The notes under the pieces: model-generated | The model's database searches: none | What the model was told of the DNA's origin: nothing | The model's input: only the letters and a program-made list of their open reading frames with translations | From: an uncultured Christensenellaceae bacterium | Lineage (GTDB): Bacteria > Bacillota > Clostridia > Christensenellales > UMGS416 | Direction: 5' to 3' | Assembly: GCA_944376795.1 (NCBI GenBank) | Contig: CALWDW010000015.1 | Location: forward strand, 2,127-66,126 | Length of the DNA stretch: 64,000 nt | Shown: piece by piece, positions 7,721 to 16,724 of the stretch | Layout of the letters: every line of letters begins with the position of its first letter | How positions within the stretch are numbered: position 1 is the first letter of the stretch | Position numbers and translations under genes: made by a program

Positions 7721-8613
7721 AAGGAAAGATACCTAGAGAGGAAAGGGGTGATACCAATGTACAACGCAGAAGCGGAAACGCAGCCGCAATCCTCGGGCTG
7801 TGAGGAGAGTCCACTGGTATCATTACAGGCTGATTGACAGGAACCCCCCTGAAGAAAGCTGATTCGAAAGGCTTCCCAGGGAAACATAAGGTAGTTCCCC
7901 ATAAGCCCATTCACAATGGCGAAAGCCAAACCAGCACTTTCCCCACACAGTCCGGCCTGGATAAGAGCGTCCCAAGGCCTTATTTGGGTACTATGGAAGC
8001 GGTTCTCAGTATCGGTTCCGGGATGTTTAGGTAGCAGATGATGGATGGGTTCAGCTACAAGTTCCCGCGTTTCATTCCCGCAAATCCACTGCCATGCAGG
8101 GCGCGTGAATTGGAAGAGAAAGGACAGTTGGAACTGCAGTCGCTGTTGCATGATTGGATTCCAGATCCTGGCAGTTGGATCGCTGATCCCCTTCCCCCGT
8201 GACAGGAACGGATGACTGGGATTCCAACGGAAGCTGGCCACGCCAAACGTGTACAGCCAACGGACGGAATGCAGAGGATAAAGAATCAATCCGCAGGACG
8301 GAGTCAGATTCTTGGCCCTCGCAGCAAAAGAGGGCATACCTCCCATGGCCGTGCAAATACGAAGCAAAGACTGCACAGCATGTGGAGATGGATAGAGAGG
8401 CATTCTTCTCTCCCTTTCCTGGAGAAGATTCGCCGTTTACGGATAAGGTATGCACAGGACAGTACAAATCCCGTTCCCTATCCATAGGTGAGGCCGCCAA
8501 GAACCAAAGAGCGACCTCAGAGAGAAAAACCAATCGCTGTGAGAAAGTTCTTTTCAGGAAGAAAGCTCTCTCTCGAGGGATGGCATCCACGTCAAGGAGT
8601 GCCATCCCTTTTT
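7721..8613 (+). ncRNA. Candidate large (~0.9 kb) structured non-coding RNA, class unknown
   Basis: The unit runs from the promoter at 7686-7714 to the terminator at 8577-8613. Hand counts on sampled 60-nt lines give 43-55% GC against 60-68% in neighbouring genes. The + strand is purine-rich (75% in the first 60 nt). No ORF looks protein-like. GNRA-capped helices are GCG-GAAA-CGC (7772-7781) and TGGC-GAAA-GCCA (7917-7928). Further helices lie at 8031-8035/8054-8058, 8315-8320/8330-8335, 8404-8411/8421-8428, 8440-8447/8477-8484 and 8516-8524/8566-8575. Confidence 0.45.
8577..8613 (+). terminator. Intrinsic terminator (+ strand only)
   Basis: GGGATGGCA (8577-8585), a 14-nt loop, TGCCATCCC (8600-8608), then TTTTT. 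There is no U-tract on the opposite strand. Confidence 0.7.
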
Positions 8614-8813
8614 AGTGTCCCAAAGCTGTCTCCCGCCGGCAAGCCCTTCGCTCCATCCGTACACCCCCGCGGCCCTTATGGGGAAGTTCCCATGCAGAGA
8701 AGCAGAGTTTTTTGCACGGCGCCTGCAATGGCTCACAACGCTTGGCGGCCAGGCCCTCCCAGCGCCTCTCCCCTTGTCCCCATCCGCCTGTTCCGCCTGA
8801 TTGCAATACGGAA

Positions 8814-8850
8814 AAGGATCCCCGCAGGCAGGCTTCCCGCGGGGATCCTT
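8814..8850 (-). terminator. Intrinsic terminator of engB
   Basis: A perfect 12-bp stem, AAGGATCCCCGC (8814-8825) with GCGGGGATCCTT (8839-8850). The A-run on + gives a U-run on the - strand, directly after the engB stop. Confidence 0.7.
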
Positions 8851-8873
8851 GTATGGTTTTGGGGGGCCAAAAT

Positions 8874-9479
8874 TTACGTTTGGGACGACTCGGCCAAGAT
8901 TTCATCCAGCCGGCTGCCCAGGGCCTGCTTGGTGGCCTCCGCCGCCTGGGTGGAGACGATCACAGTGGGCGTGCGGAAGGTCATCCCTACCTTATCGGAG
9001 AGCTTAGCCGCGGCGCTCTTTCCCGCCGAGCGGCTGAGCTTGTCCGCCTTGGTGGCCACAATGGTGCAGGGGATATTATAGTGCTGCAGGTAGTAGGCCA
9101 TCTGCTTGTCATCGGCGGTGGGATCATGCCGGATGTCCAGGAGCAGCAGCAGGTGCCGAAGCTGCCGGGACTGGGACAGATACCCCTCGATCATGGCGCC
9201 CCAGCGCTCCTTCTCCGCCCTGCTCACATTGGCAAAGCCATAGCCCGGCAGATCCACCAGGTAGAAGGCATCGTTCACCAGGAAAAAGTTCACAAGCCTT
9301 GTCTTTCCGGGGGTAGAACTGACCTTGGCCAGCTTATTTTGGCCGCAGAGGGTATTGATCAAGGAGGACTTCCCCACATTGGACCGGCCAACCAGCGCAA
9401 TCTCCGGTAGAGGCGGATCCATGTGGATCCGGGACGGATCGGCAGCCGACCGGACAAACATTGCTTTTTTGATCTGCAT
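8874..9479 (-). CDS. engB: Ribosome biogenesis GTP-binding protein YsxC/EngB
   Basis: The start is trimmed to the ATG at 9479 (GGGGG SD 7 nt upstream). G1 is LVGRSNVGKSSLIN, G3 is DLPGYG and G4 is TKADK. Confidence 0.9.
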   Translation of the reverse strand: MQIKKAMFVRSAADPSRIHMDPPLPEIALVGRSNVGKSSLINTLCGQNKLAKVSSTPGKTRLVNFFLVNDAFYLVDLPGYGFANVSRAEKERWGAMIEGYLSQSRQLRHLLLLLDIRHDPTADDKQMAYYLQHYNIPCTIVATKADKLSRSAGKSAAAKLSDKVGMTFRTPTVIVSTQAAEATKQALGSRLDEILAESSQT

Positions 9480-9527
9480 ATTATAACCCCCATGGCGGGG
9501 CGCTCCGTCGGGAGGCCCACAGTCTCT

Positions 9528-9559
9528 CAAAACCAAATCGGGAACATGCATCCGTTCCC
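9528..9559 (-). terminator. Possible (leaky) terminator between lon and engB
   Basis: On the - strand, GGGAAC-GGATGCAT-GTTCCC is followed by GATTTGGTTTT. Confidence 0.35.
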
Positions 9560-9670
9560 AGCAGCCCGGCAAAAGAACCTGGTCCATTCGCCTGGCACAG
9601 GATATACAATGGCGGAAAAGCGCGCGGAATGCGAACTTTTCCGTCATACTGCGTATAAAGATTTTCACCA

Positions 9671-12073
9671 CTATCCGCGAGCCGACACGGGCCGAGGCGC
9701 CTTATCCTTCGCCTCGCTTATCGCTTTAAAAGGAACGGGCCGAGGCTGACTCTTGCCGTTGCCCTCCACGAAGGCCACCGAGAGCACCTCTTCCAGCGTA
9801 CGAACCGGTACGAAAGAGACTGCCTGCCGTACCACGGGGTCGATCTCCTCCAGATCCCGCAGATTCTCCGCCGGGAAGATCACAGTACGGTAACCCTCCC
9901 GGTGGGCCGCCATGGATTTCTCCTTCAATCCGCCAATGGCCATCACCCGGCCACGGATCGTAATCTCTCCGGTCATAGCCACATCCCCGCGGACCGCCTT
10001 CCCGGTCAGAGCCGAAAGTAGAGCCGTGGCCATGGTGATGCCCGCCGAAGGGCCGTCCTTGGGGGTTGCGCCCTCTGGCAGGTGGATGTGAATGTCCATG
10101 GACTTATAGAACTGGGGATCCAGCCCATATTCCTGAGCGTGGGCACGGATGTAACCCAGCGCCGCCGAAGCCGACTCCTTCATCACGTCTCCCAGGGAAC
10201 CCGTCAGTTCCAGGTGGCCGGTGCCGGGCATGGTATTGACCTCTACGGCCAAAGTCACGCCGCCGACGGCTGTCCACGCCAGTCCGGCAACCAGGCCCAC
10301 CGTATCCTCATGAGAGGTAGCCTCTTCCCGGAACTGGGGAATTCCCAGGTACTGCTCCAGATTCTTGGGCGTTACCCGAAGAGACTTTTTGCCGCTCTCC
10401 ACCAGGATGCGGGCGGCACGGCGGCATACCCGGCCGATCTCCCGCTCCAGGGAACGAACTCCCGCCTCCCGGGTATAGCCCCAAATGATGGCCTCCATCC
10501 CCTTATCGGTGATGGCCAGCTGGCTCTTCTTCAGGCCATGGAGCTTGAGCTGCTTGGGCAGCAGATGGTTCCGGGCAATGCGTAGCTTCTCCTGGTAGGT
10601 GTAGCCTTCCAGCCGAATGACCTCCATACGATCCATTAGGGGCTCTGGGATCTCCTCCAAGGAATTGGCGGTAGCCAGGAACATCACCTGGGACAGATCG
10701 AAGGGTACGTCCAGGTAATGGTCCCGGAAGGTATTGTTCTGCTCGCTATCCAACACCTCCAGCATGGCGGATGCAGGATCCCCGCGGAAATCATGGCTCA
10801 TCTTGTCCAGCTCATCCAATAGGAAGAGGGGGTTTGCCGTACCCGCCTGCTTGATCCCCGCGATGATGCGGCCGGGAATGGCGCCAATGTAGGTGCGCCG
10901 ATGGCCGCGGATCTCCGCCTCATCCCGTAGGCCGCCCAACGACATCCGAACAAATTTCCGTCCCATAGCCCGGGCTATGGACTTGGCAATGGAAGTCTTT
11001 CCTACTCCCGGCGGGCCCACTAGGCAGAGGATGGGGCCCTTTAGGGAATGGGTCAGAGAAAGTACCGCCAGGTACTCCAGCACCCGGTCTTTCACCTTCT
11101 CCAAGCCGTCGTGGTCCTCGTCCAGCACCTTTTTGGCATAGGCGATATCCTCTTTGTCCTGGGTATACTTCCCCCAGGGCAGCTCCAGGATCCACTCAAT
11201 CCAGTTCAGCAGCACGTGATAGTCTGGGGAAGACTCTGGCAACCGCTCCAGGCGGCTCAATTCCCGCAGCACTTTCTCCTTGGCTTCCTCCGGCAGCGGA
11301 AGTTCTTCAGCCTTTTCCCGATAGGCCTGGGCCTTCTCCTGGCCGTCCTCCCCCAGTTCCTGATAAATAGCGCGGATCTGTTCGTGGAGGAAGTGTTCCT
11401 TCTGCTGCTCGGTCATGGAGACCCGTACCCGGTTCTGGATGCTCTGCTCCAGGGTGACGATCTCCAGCTCCTGGTGCAGGATCGTCATAATGGTCTCCAG
11501 GCGCTGCTCAGGCTGGATGATCTCCAGCACCCGCTGCCGGTTCTCCAAGCCATGAACCGCATAGCTTGCCACCAGGTCTGCCAGCTTCCCCGGAGCATTG
11601 GCGCCAATAACCGTTAGAAGCACCTCCGGGGGAATCCGATTGGTGGCCTGGGCAAACTCCTGGAAGAGCTCCACCGCTCCCCGCATGGCTGCCTGTACCT
11701 GGGGATCCACAGCCGGCTCGGTAGAATCTTCCACCACCTCCACCAACGCGGTAAAATAAGGATCCCGCTGGGGGAAGGCATGGATGATGGCACGGCTGAC
11801 GCCCTCCACCAATACACGGATACCCTCCGCCGGATGGCGCACCAGCTGTTTAACGCGCACCACGGTGCCCATGGTAAAGAGCCCCTCTTCCGTAGGATCA
11901 TCCTGCTCGGTATCCCGCTGCGCAGCCAAAACCAGCAGCTGATCGTGGGCCATCGCCTCATCCACTGCGGCCTGGGAACGCTCCCGACCAATATCAAAAG
12001 TCATGCTCATCGTGGGGAATGCTACCATCCCACGCATAGCCACCAAGGGCATGATTTTCATTTCTTGACTCAT
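9671..12073 (-). CDS. lon: ATP-dependent Lon protease (endopeptidase La)
   Basis: 800 aa. It has the N-terminal LON domain, the Walker A motif GPPGVGKTS, and the protease motif [15 protein letters not shown] with the catalytic Ser. Confidence 0.95.
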   Translation of the reverse strand: MSQEMKIMPLVAMRGMVAFPTMSMTFDIGRERSQAAVDEAMAHDQLLVLAAQRDTEQDDPTEEGLFTMGTVVRVKQLVRHPAEGIRVLVEGVSRAIIHAFPQRDPYFTALVEVVEDSTEPAVDPQVQAAMRGAVELFQEFAQATNRIPPEVLLTVIGANAPGKLADLVASYAVHGLENRQRVLEIIQPEQRLETIMTILHQELEIVTLEQSIQNRVRVSMTEQQKEHFLHEQIRAIYQELGEDGQEKAQAYREKAEELPLPEEAKEKVLRELSRLERLPESSPDYHVLLNWIEWILELPWGKYTQDKEDIAYAKKVLDEDHDGLEKVKDRVLEYLAVLSLTHSLKGPILCLVGPPGVGKTSIAKSIARAMGRKFVRMSLGGLRDEAEIRGHRRTYIGAIPGRIIAGIKQAGTANPLFLLDELDKMSHDFRGDPASAMLEVLDSEQNNTFRDHYLDVPFDLSQVMFLATANSLEEIPEPLMDRMEVIRLEGYTYQEKLRIARNHLLPKQLKLHGLKKSQLAITDKGMEAIIWGYTREAGVRSLEREIGRVCRRAARILVESGKKSLRVTPKNLEQYLGIPQFREEATSHEDTVGLVAGLAWTAVGGVTLAVEVNTMPGTGHLELTGSLGDVMKESASAALGYIRAHAQEYGLDPQFYKSMDIHIHLPEGATPKDGPSAGITMATALLSALTGKAVRGDVAMTGEITIRGRVMAIGGLKEKSMAAHREGYRTVIFPAENLRDLEEIDPVVRQAVSFVPVRTLEEVLSVAFVEGNGKSQPRPVPFKAISEAKDKAPRPVSARG

Positions 12074-12234
12074 TCAATCACCAGCCTTAATCATTGGGCG
12101 CGGTTTCCCGCGCCTCTCCCTCCGCCCATAGGCGGAAGAATATTTCAATTTAAAATTATACACGTTCATGTCAAGTTTTGCAATGGAACAAAATATGACA
12201 ACATCTCCGGGCAAGAGAAGAAGGGCCAGCCGCT

Positions 12235-12263
12235 CTTGACACCCCGCCGCCGTTGGGGTATGA
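12235..12263 (+). promoter_or_regulatory. Sigma70-like promoter of the GH16 gene
   Basis: TTGACA (12235-12240), a 17-nt spacer, then TATGAT (12258-12263). Confidence 0.45.
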
Positions 12264-12317
12264 TCCTGGCATAGTCAGAATAGAATTTCCGATCCATGCC
12301 TGCTAGGAGGAAACCGT

Positions 12318-13070
12318 ATGAAATCGCCGTTCTTTTCGATTCTGATCGCCGCCATCCTTACCGCCGGAATAGCCCTCTCCCGCGGTGGGCCTCAGGTACT
12401 CTTCTATGATGATTTCAGCGGGGATACCTTGGACGAGACCAAGTGGTCCAAATGCCCCCGTCAGGAGAGGCATGGCGGCTCCTACTGGGTAAGTGAAAAC
12501 GTATACCTGGATGGCAGCGGCCACCTGGTCCTGGAAATCAGCGACTCCGCCATGGAGAACTACGCCAACTGCGGCGCCATACGCAGCCGGGGGAAGTTCG
12601 AGCATACCTACGGCTACTACGAGGCTTCCATCTGCTTTCCGCAGGTCCGCGGTGCATGGGGCGCTTTCTGGCTCTACGGCGACTGCGTCAATTCCGAGGC
12701 CGACGAGGGGCGGGACGGCACCGAGATCGACATCATCGAATCCATCTACAACGAAAGCTGCACGGGGAACTCAGCGCTGCACTGGGACGGCTACAATGCG
12801 GCGCACCAGACCGTCAGCAAAACCTATCAAAACATGGACATCTATGATGGCGCATTCCACAAATTTGCCCTGGAGTGGAGCGAAACGGAATATGTATTCT
12901 ATGTGGATGACGTAGAAATGTGGCGTACCGACGCAGGCGGCGTCTGTCAGGTCCCTCTCTATATGAAGCTCAGCATGGAGGCCGCTCCCTGGGCCGGCTT
13001 CCTGGACGACGACAGTCTCCCCAAACAAATGCTGGTGGATTACGTGCTGGTTACCGACAGTAAGCCTTAA
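12318..13070 (+). CDS. Secreted glycoside hydrolase family 16 (beta-glucanase/laminarinase-like)
   Basis: 250 aa. It has an N-terminal signal or anchor (MKSPFFSILIAAILTAGIALS) and the GH16 catalytic motif GTEIDIIES (ExDxxE). Confidence 0.85.
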   Translation: MKSPFFSILIAAILTAGIALSRGGPQVLFYDDFSGDTLDETKWSKCPRQERHGGSYWVSENVYLDGSGHLVLEISDSAMENYANCGAIRSRGKFEHTYGYYEASICFPQVRGAWGAFWLYGDCVNSEADEGRDGTEIDIIESIYNESCTGNSALHWDGYNAAHQTVSKTYQNMDIYDGAFHKFALEWSETEYVFYVDDVEMWRTDAGGVCQVPLYMKLSMEAAPWAGFLDDDSLPKQMLVDYVLVTDSKP

Positions 13071-13097
13071 GCTGCCGTTTCCACGCGGCAGACACAA

Positions 13098-13129
13098 ACG
13101 CACCGCAGGACATGCGCCCTGCGGTGCGT
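13098..13129. terminator. Bidirectional terminator between GH16 and clpX
   Basis: A perfect 12-bp stem, ACGCACCGCAGG with CCTGCGGTGCGT, and an 8-nt loop. T-rich sequence follows on both strands. Confidence 0.6.
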
Positions 13130-13163
13130 CTTCACTTTCTATGGGAGTAAGTTCCTTCCGAAA

Positions 13164-14474
13164 TCAGGAGACCGAATCGGCCGGAGTACCATCCTCCAGA
13201 AGCTCGTCATCTTCCAGCCCGTTGACCACTGAGGCCGGCAGGCTATGCTTCCGCGTCACCAAGAGAGGTTCCTTTCCATCACGAATGGTCTCCTCAGTAA
13301 TGATGCAGCGCTCCACATCCTCCCGGGAGGGGATATCATACATAATCCCCATGAGCGCGGACTCCATGATGGAACGAAGCCCACGGGCGCCGGTCTTACG
13401 TTCCATGGCCATATGAGCCACTTCCCGGATGGCGCTCTCCTCAAACTCCAGATCCACATCGTCCATGCTAAGCATGTACTGGTACTGACGCACCAAGGCA
13501 TTCTTGGGCTTGGTGAGGATATCCACCAAGGCATCCTCATCCAGACCGTGGAGCGTAACCACAACGGGAACACGGCCTACGAACTCCGGAATCAGCCCGT
13601 ACTTCAGCAGGTCTTCAGGAAGGATATGGGTCAGCACCTCGCCCACATCCAGCTCCTTCACGCTGCTCACCTGGGCGCCAAAGCCCATAGTCTTCTTCCC
13701 GATACGGTTCTCAATGATCTTCTCGATTCCACCGAAAGCGCCGCCGCAAATGAAGAGGATATTGGTGGTATCGATCTGGATAAACTCCTGGTGAGGATGC
13801 TTGCGTCCGCCCTGGGGCGGCACACTGGCCACCGTCCCCTCCAGAATCTTCAGCAGCGCCTGCTGCACGCCTTCGCCAGAAACATCACGAGTGATGGAAG
13901 GATTCTCGCTCTTGCGGGCGATCTTGTCGATCTCATCAATGTAAATGATCCCCCGCTCGGCCCGGGCCACGTCGTAGTCGGCGGCCTGGATCAGCTTGAG
14001 GAGGATATTCTCCACATCCTCGCCCACGTAGCCGGCCTCCGTCAGCGATGTGGCGTCGGCAATGGCAAAGGGGACATTGAGAATTCGGGCCAGGGTCTGG
14101 GCCAGCATGGTCTTGCCGCAGCCGGTGGGCCCCAGCATGAGGATATTGCTCTTCTGCAGCTCCACGTCGGCCTTCTTCTCATCGTGGAAGATGCGCTTGT
14201 AGTGATTGTATACGGCCACGGCCAGGGAACGCTTGGCCGCGTCCTGCCCCACCACGTACTCATCCAGCACAGCCTTAATCTCAGCCGGCTTGAGGATCTT
14301 AATGTCAGCGCTCTCCGGTGTCTCGGTAAAGTCCTCGTCGATGATCTCCTGGCAGAGCTCCACGCACTCATCACAGATATAGACGCCAGGGCCAGCCACC
14401 AGCCGGCGGACCTGCTCCTGGGTCTTTCCACAGAATGAGCACTTGGGCTGCTTTTTATCGTCAATCTTGGGCAT
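13164..14474 (-). CDS. clpX: ATP-dependent Clp protease ATP-binding subunit ClpX
   Basis: 436 aa. The N-terminal zinc finger is CSFCGK...CDEC and the Walker A motif is GPTGCGKT. The pore-loop and IGF-region context is typical of ClpX. Confidence 0.97.
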   Translation of the reverse strand: MPKIDDKKQPKCSFCGKTQEQVRRLVAGPGVYICDECVELCQEIIDEDFTETPESADIKILKPAEIKAVLDEYVVGQDAAKRSLAVAVYNHYKRIFHDEKKADVELQKSNILMLGPTGCGKTMLAQTLARILNVPFAIADATSLTEAGYVGEDVENILLKLIQAADYDVARAERGIIYIDEIDKIARKSENPSITRDVSGEGVQQALLKILEGTVASVPPQGGRKHPHQEFIQIDTTNILFICGGAFGGIEKIIENRIGKKTMGFGAQVSSVKELDVGEVLTHILPEDLLKYGLIPEFVGRVPVVVTLHGLDEDALVDILTKPKNALVRQYQYMLSMDDVDLEFEESAIREVAHMAMERKTGARGLRSIMESALMGIMYDIPSREDVERCIITEETIRDGKEPLLVTRKHSLPASVVNGLEDDELLEDGTPADSVS

Positions 14475-14499
14475 ACGTTACCTCCCTTGGTTGATGGTC

Positions 14500-15084
14500 T
14501 TATTGACGGTGGACGTAGACTTCATCCACCAGGCCATAGTCCTTGGCCTGCTGAGCGGTCATATAGAAGTCGCGCTCCACATCCTGGCCGATGCGCTCCA
14601 GGCTCTGCCCGGTCATTTCGGCGAGGAGTTCGTTCATACGGGCTTTGGTGCGCAGGATATTCTCCGCCTGGATGGCAATATCGGTGGCCTGCCCCCGGGC
14701 CCCGCCGGAAGGCTGGTGGATCATGACCTCTGCGTTGGCCGTGGCCTTGCGCTTGCCCTTGGTCCCTGCCGCCAGGAGGAAGGCCCCCATGGAAGCAGCC
14801 AGGCCCACCACAATGGTGGAAACATCACAGCGGATATAGCGCATGGTATCAAAAATGGCCATGCCCGCCGTCACGGAGCCGCCGGGGCTGTTGATGTAGA
14901 GCATGATATCCTTATCCGGATCCTGGGCTTCCAAGTACAGCAGCTGGGCCACCACCAGGTTGGCCATTTCGTCCTCGATCTCGCCGCCCAGGAAAATGAT
15001 CCGGTCATTGAGCAGCCGGGAATAAATGTCGTAGGAGCGCTCGCCGCGGTTGGTCTGCTCCACTACCATGGGAATCAAAGGCAT
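14500..15084 (-). CDS. clpP: ATP-dependent Clp protease proteolytic subunit ClpP
   Basis: The start is trimmed to the ATG at 15084, after [36 protein letters not shown] is the canonical ClpP N-terminus, with the catalytic-Ser context [11 protein letters not shown]. Confidence 0.95.
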   Translation of the reverse strand: MPLIPMVVEQTNRGERSYDIYSRLLNDRIIFLGGEIEDEMANLVVAQLLYLEAQDPDKDIMLYINSPGGSVTAGMAIFDTMRYIRCDVSTIVVGLAASMGAFLLAAGTKGKRKATANAEVMIHQPSGGARGQATDIAIQAENILRTKARMNELLAEMTGQSLERIGQDVERDFYMTAQQAKDYGLVDEVYVHRQ

Positions 15085-15229
15085 TACTTTCACTTCCTTT
15101 TTCACTCAATACTTGAGGAAACCCGGAGGCACCGGCACGATCGACGCCGGGCGCACCAGGTTTCCCGCTTCATACCATCATTCTAGCAGGCACAGCCTGC
15201 CCCGTAAAGGGGGGAGAACTGTTGTGCCG

Positions 15230-16513
15230 CTACTGGAGGACCGCGCTGTCCACCAGGATCTTGAGGGTCTTCTCGGTGAGGACCTTACCCCGCATGTAGT
15301 CGATATCCTCGGGGCGCATATCCTTCTTGAGATCCTCCAAAGTGCGGGTCTCCGTGGCCATCTTCCCGATCTCGGCGTCTATATCCTCCTCGGTGGCCTC
15401 CACGCCTTCCGCCTTCTGGATGGCTTCCAGCACCAGCTGGTTCTTCACGCGGCGAAGGGCCTCTTCCCGGTTCTCCTCCCGGAGCTGATCCATGGTCATA
15501 CCGGTCATCTTCAGGTAGTCCTCCATGCGGATGCCCTGGAAGGACATGCGGTACTGCATCTCCTGGATCATGTAGTCCTGCTGGCGGCGGATCATGCACT
15601 CGGGCACCTCCAGCTGGCTGGCCGCCACGGCGACCTCCAGAAGCTTGGTCTCCAGCTCATTCTGGGCGCGCTCCTGGGCGGCTTTTTCCAGGTTCTCCCG
15701 GATGGAAGCCTTATAGGCCTCCAGGGTGTCGTACTCGCTGACGTCCTTAGCGAAGTCGTCGTCCAAAGCGGGGACTTCCTTGGCCTTGATCTCATTGACC
15801 TTGCAGTGGAACACGGCCTCCTTACCGGCCAGTTCCTCCGACTGGTAGGGATCGGGGAAGGTCACAACCACGTCCTTCTCCTCGCCCAGGGCTACGCCCA
15901 CCAGCTGGTCCTCAAACCCTGGAATAAACCGGCCGGAACCAATCTCCAACGGCTGGTTCTGGGCGGTGCCGCCGTCAAAGGCCACGCCGTCCACCGTACC
16001 GGCATAGTCCAGCATGATCCGGTCGCCCTGCTGCACGGGGCGGTCCTCCACCACGTTCCACCGGGCCACACGATCCTGGGCGCGGGCCAGCTCAGCGTCC
16101 ACCTGATCGTCGGTTACATTATACTCAGGCTTAGCGACCTCTATACCCTTGTACTGGCCTAAGGTCACCTCGGGCTTCACGGTAACCACAGCGGTAAAGA
16201 CCAGATCCTTGCCGCCGCCAACTTCGACCACATCCACCTCGGGGCGGTCCACCGGGTAAAGATCCATCTCCTCCACCGCGGCGTCATAGGCGCCGGGCAT
16301 CACCATATCAATGGCCTCCTCATAGAAGACGGCCTCGGAATACATCTTCTCAATGAGCTGACGGGGGGCCTTACCCTTGCGGAAGCCGGGGATATTGATC
16401 TGGCCGCGCAGCTTCAGGTAGGCCTTCTGCATCGCCGCGTCAAACTCCGCGGCAGGTACGGTAATGGTCAGCTTCACTTCATTGACCTGGGTCTTCTCAA
16501 CGGTACAACTCAT
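15230..16513 (-). CDS. tig: Trigger factor
   Basis: 427 aa. It has the ribosome-binding motif GFRKGKAP, a central FKBP-type PPIase region and a C-terminal chaperone domain. Confidence 0.95.
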   Translation of the reverse strand: MSCTVEKTQVNEVKLTITVPAAEFDAAMQKAYLKLRGQINIPGFRKGKAPRQLIEKMYSEAVFYEEAIDMVMPGAYDAAVEEMDLYPVDRPEVDVVEVGGGKDLVFTAVVTVKPEVTLGQYKGIEVAKPEYNVTDDQVDAELARAQDRVARWNVVEDRPVQQGDRIMLDYAGTVDGVAFDGGTAQNQPLEIGSGRFIPGFEDQLVGVALGEEKDVVVTFPDPYQSEELAGKEAVFHCKVNEIKAKEVPALDDDFAKDVSEYDTLEAYKASIRENLEKAAQERAQNELETKLLEVAVAASQLEVPECMIRRQQDYMIQEMQYRMSFQGIRMEDYLKMTGMTMDQLREENREEALRRVKNQLVLEAIQKAEGVEATEEDIDAEIGKMATETRTLEDLKKDMRPEDIDYMRGKVLTEKTLKILVDSAVLQ

Positions 16514-16584
16514 TTCTTATCCTCCTATCCAGATGGCTCTGGAATCCCAATGCCCAACATGCCGCAATACGGCACAATGGTTGA

Positions 16585-16613
16585 ATTGTACCACATAAGG
16601 ACTTTTATTGCAA
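16585..16613 (-). promoter_or_regulatory. Sigma70-like promoter of tig
   Basis: On the - strand: TTGCAA (16608-16613), a 17-nt spacer, then TACAAT (16585-16590). Confidence 0.5.
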
Positions 16614-16724
16614 GGGATTCCCCGCCATTTCCGGGGGATTTTTTACGATATGTATGCCCCTTTGCCTTTCCCCGCGGCAGCAGGGTGTGCTATACTGGAA
16701 CCAAGCAAGATATGGAGGTGCGCC

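Noticed and set aside
7802-7969. RNase P RNA-like strings: GAGGAGAGTCC (7802-7812, compare GAGGAAAGUCC) and GGATAAGAGCG (7959-7969, compare GGUAAGAGCG).
   Set aside because: The universally conserved CR-I is not exact, and I could not find the CR-V ACAGAA..GGCUUA element or the P4 partner. The unit is also twice the length of RNase P RNA. I treat these as chance similarity pending cmscan.
7708-8605. Two long - strand ORFs (231 aa at 7708-8403, 177 aa at 8072-8605) in the orphan region, ending just before the bidirectional hairpin at 7673-7700. One contains an EPIHHLLP string reminiscent of a desaturase His-box.
   Set aside because: They overlap each other in different frames. Their translations are S/L/F/P/C/W-rich with no domain-like pattern and no SD. 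Their length is explained by the pyrimidine-rich - strand being depleted in stop codons. A decayed gene cannot be fully excluded without blastx.
8388-8615. A 75-codon basic ORF (MDREAFFSPFPGEDSPF...), the tail of the 138-aa + ORF, ending inside the terminator.
   Set aside because: GGAG abuts the ATG directly with no spacing. The composition is low-complexity and K/R/S-rich, and the stop lies within the terminator U-tract.
9480-9671. N-terminal 64-aa extension of the engB ORF, abutting the lon stop.
   Set aside because: The EngB homology starts at MQIKKAMF, which has its own SD. The extension contains a terminator-like hairpin and is not protein-like.
16615-16652. A + strand terminator-like hairpin (CCCCG-N7-CGGGG plus ATTTTTT) upstream of the ygiQ start.
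   Set aside because: It has only a 5-bp stem and no + strand transcript source upstream, since tig is on the other strand. It lies just upstream of the tig promoter, so it is probably incidental or an insulator. Evidence is insufficient.
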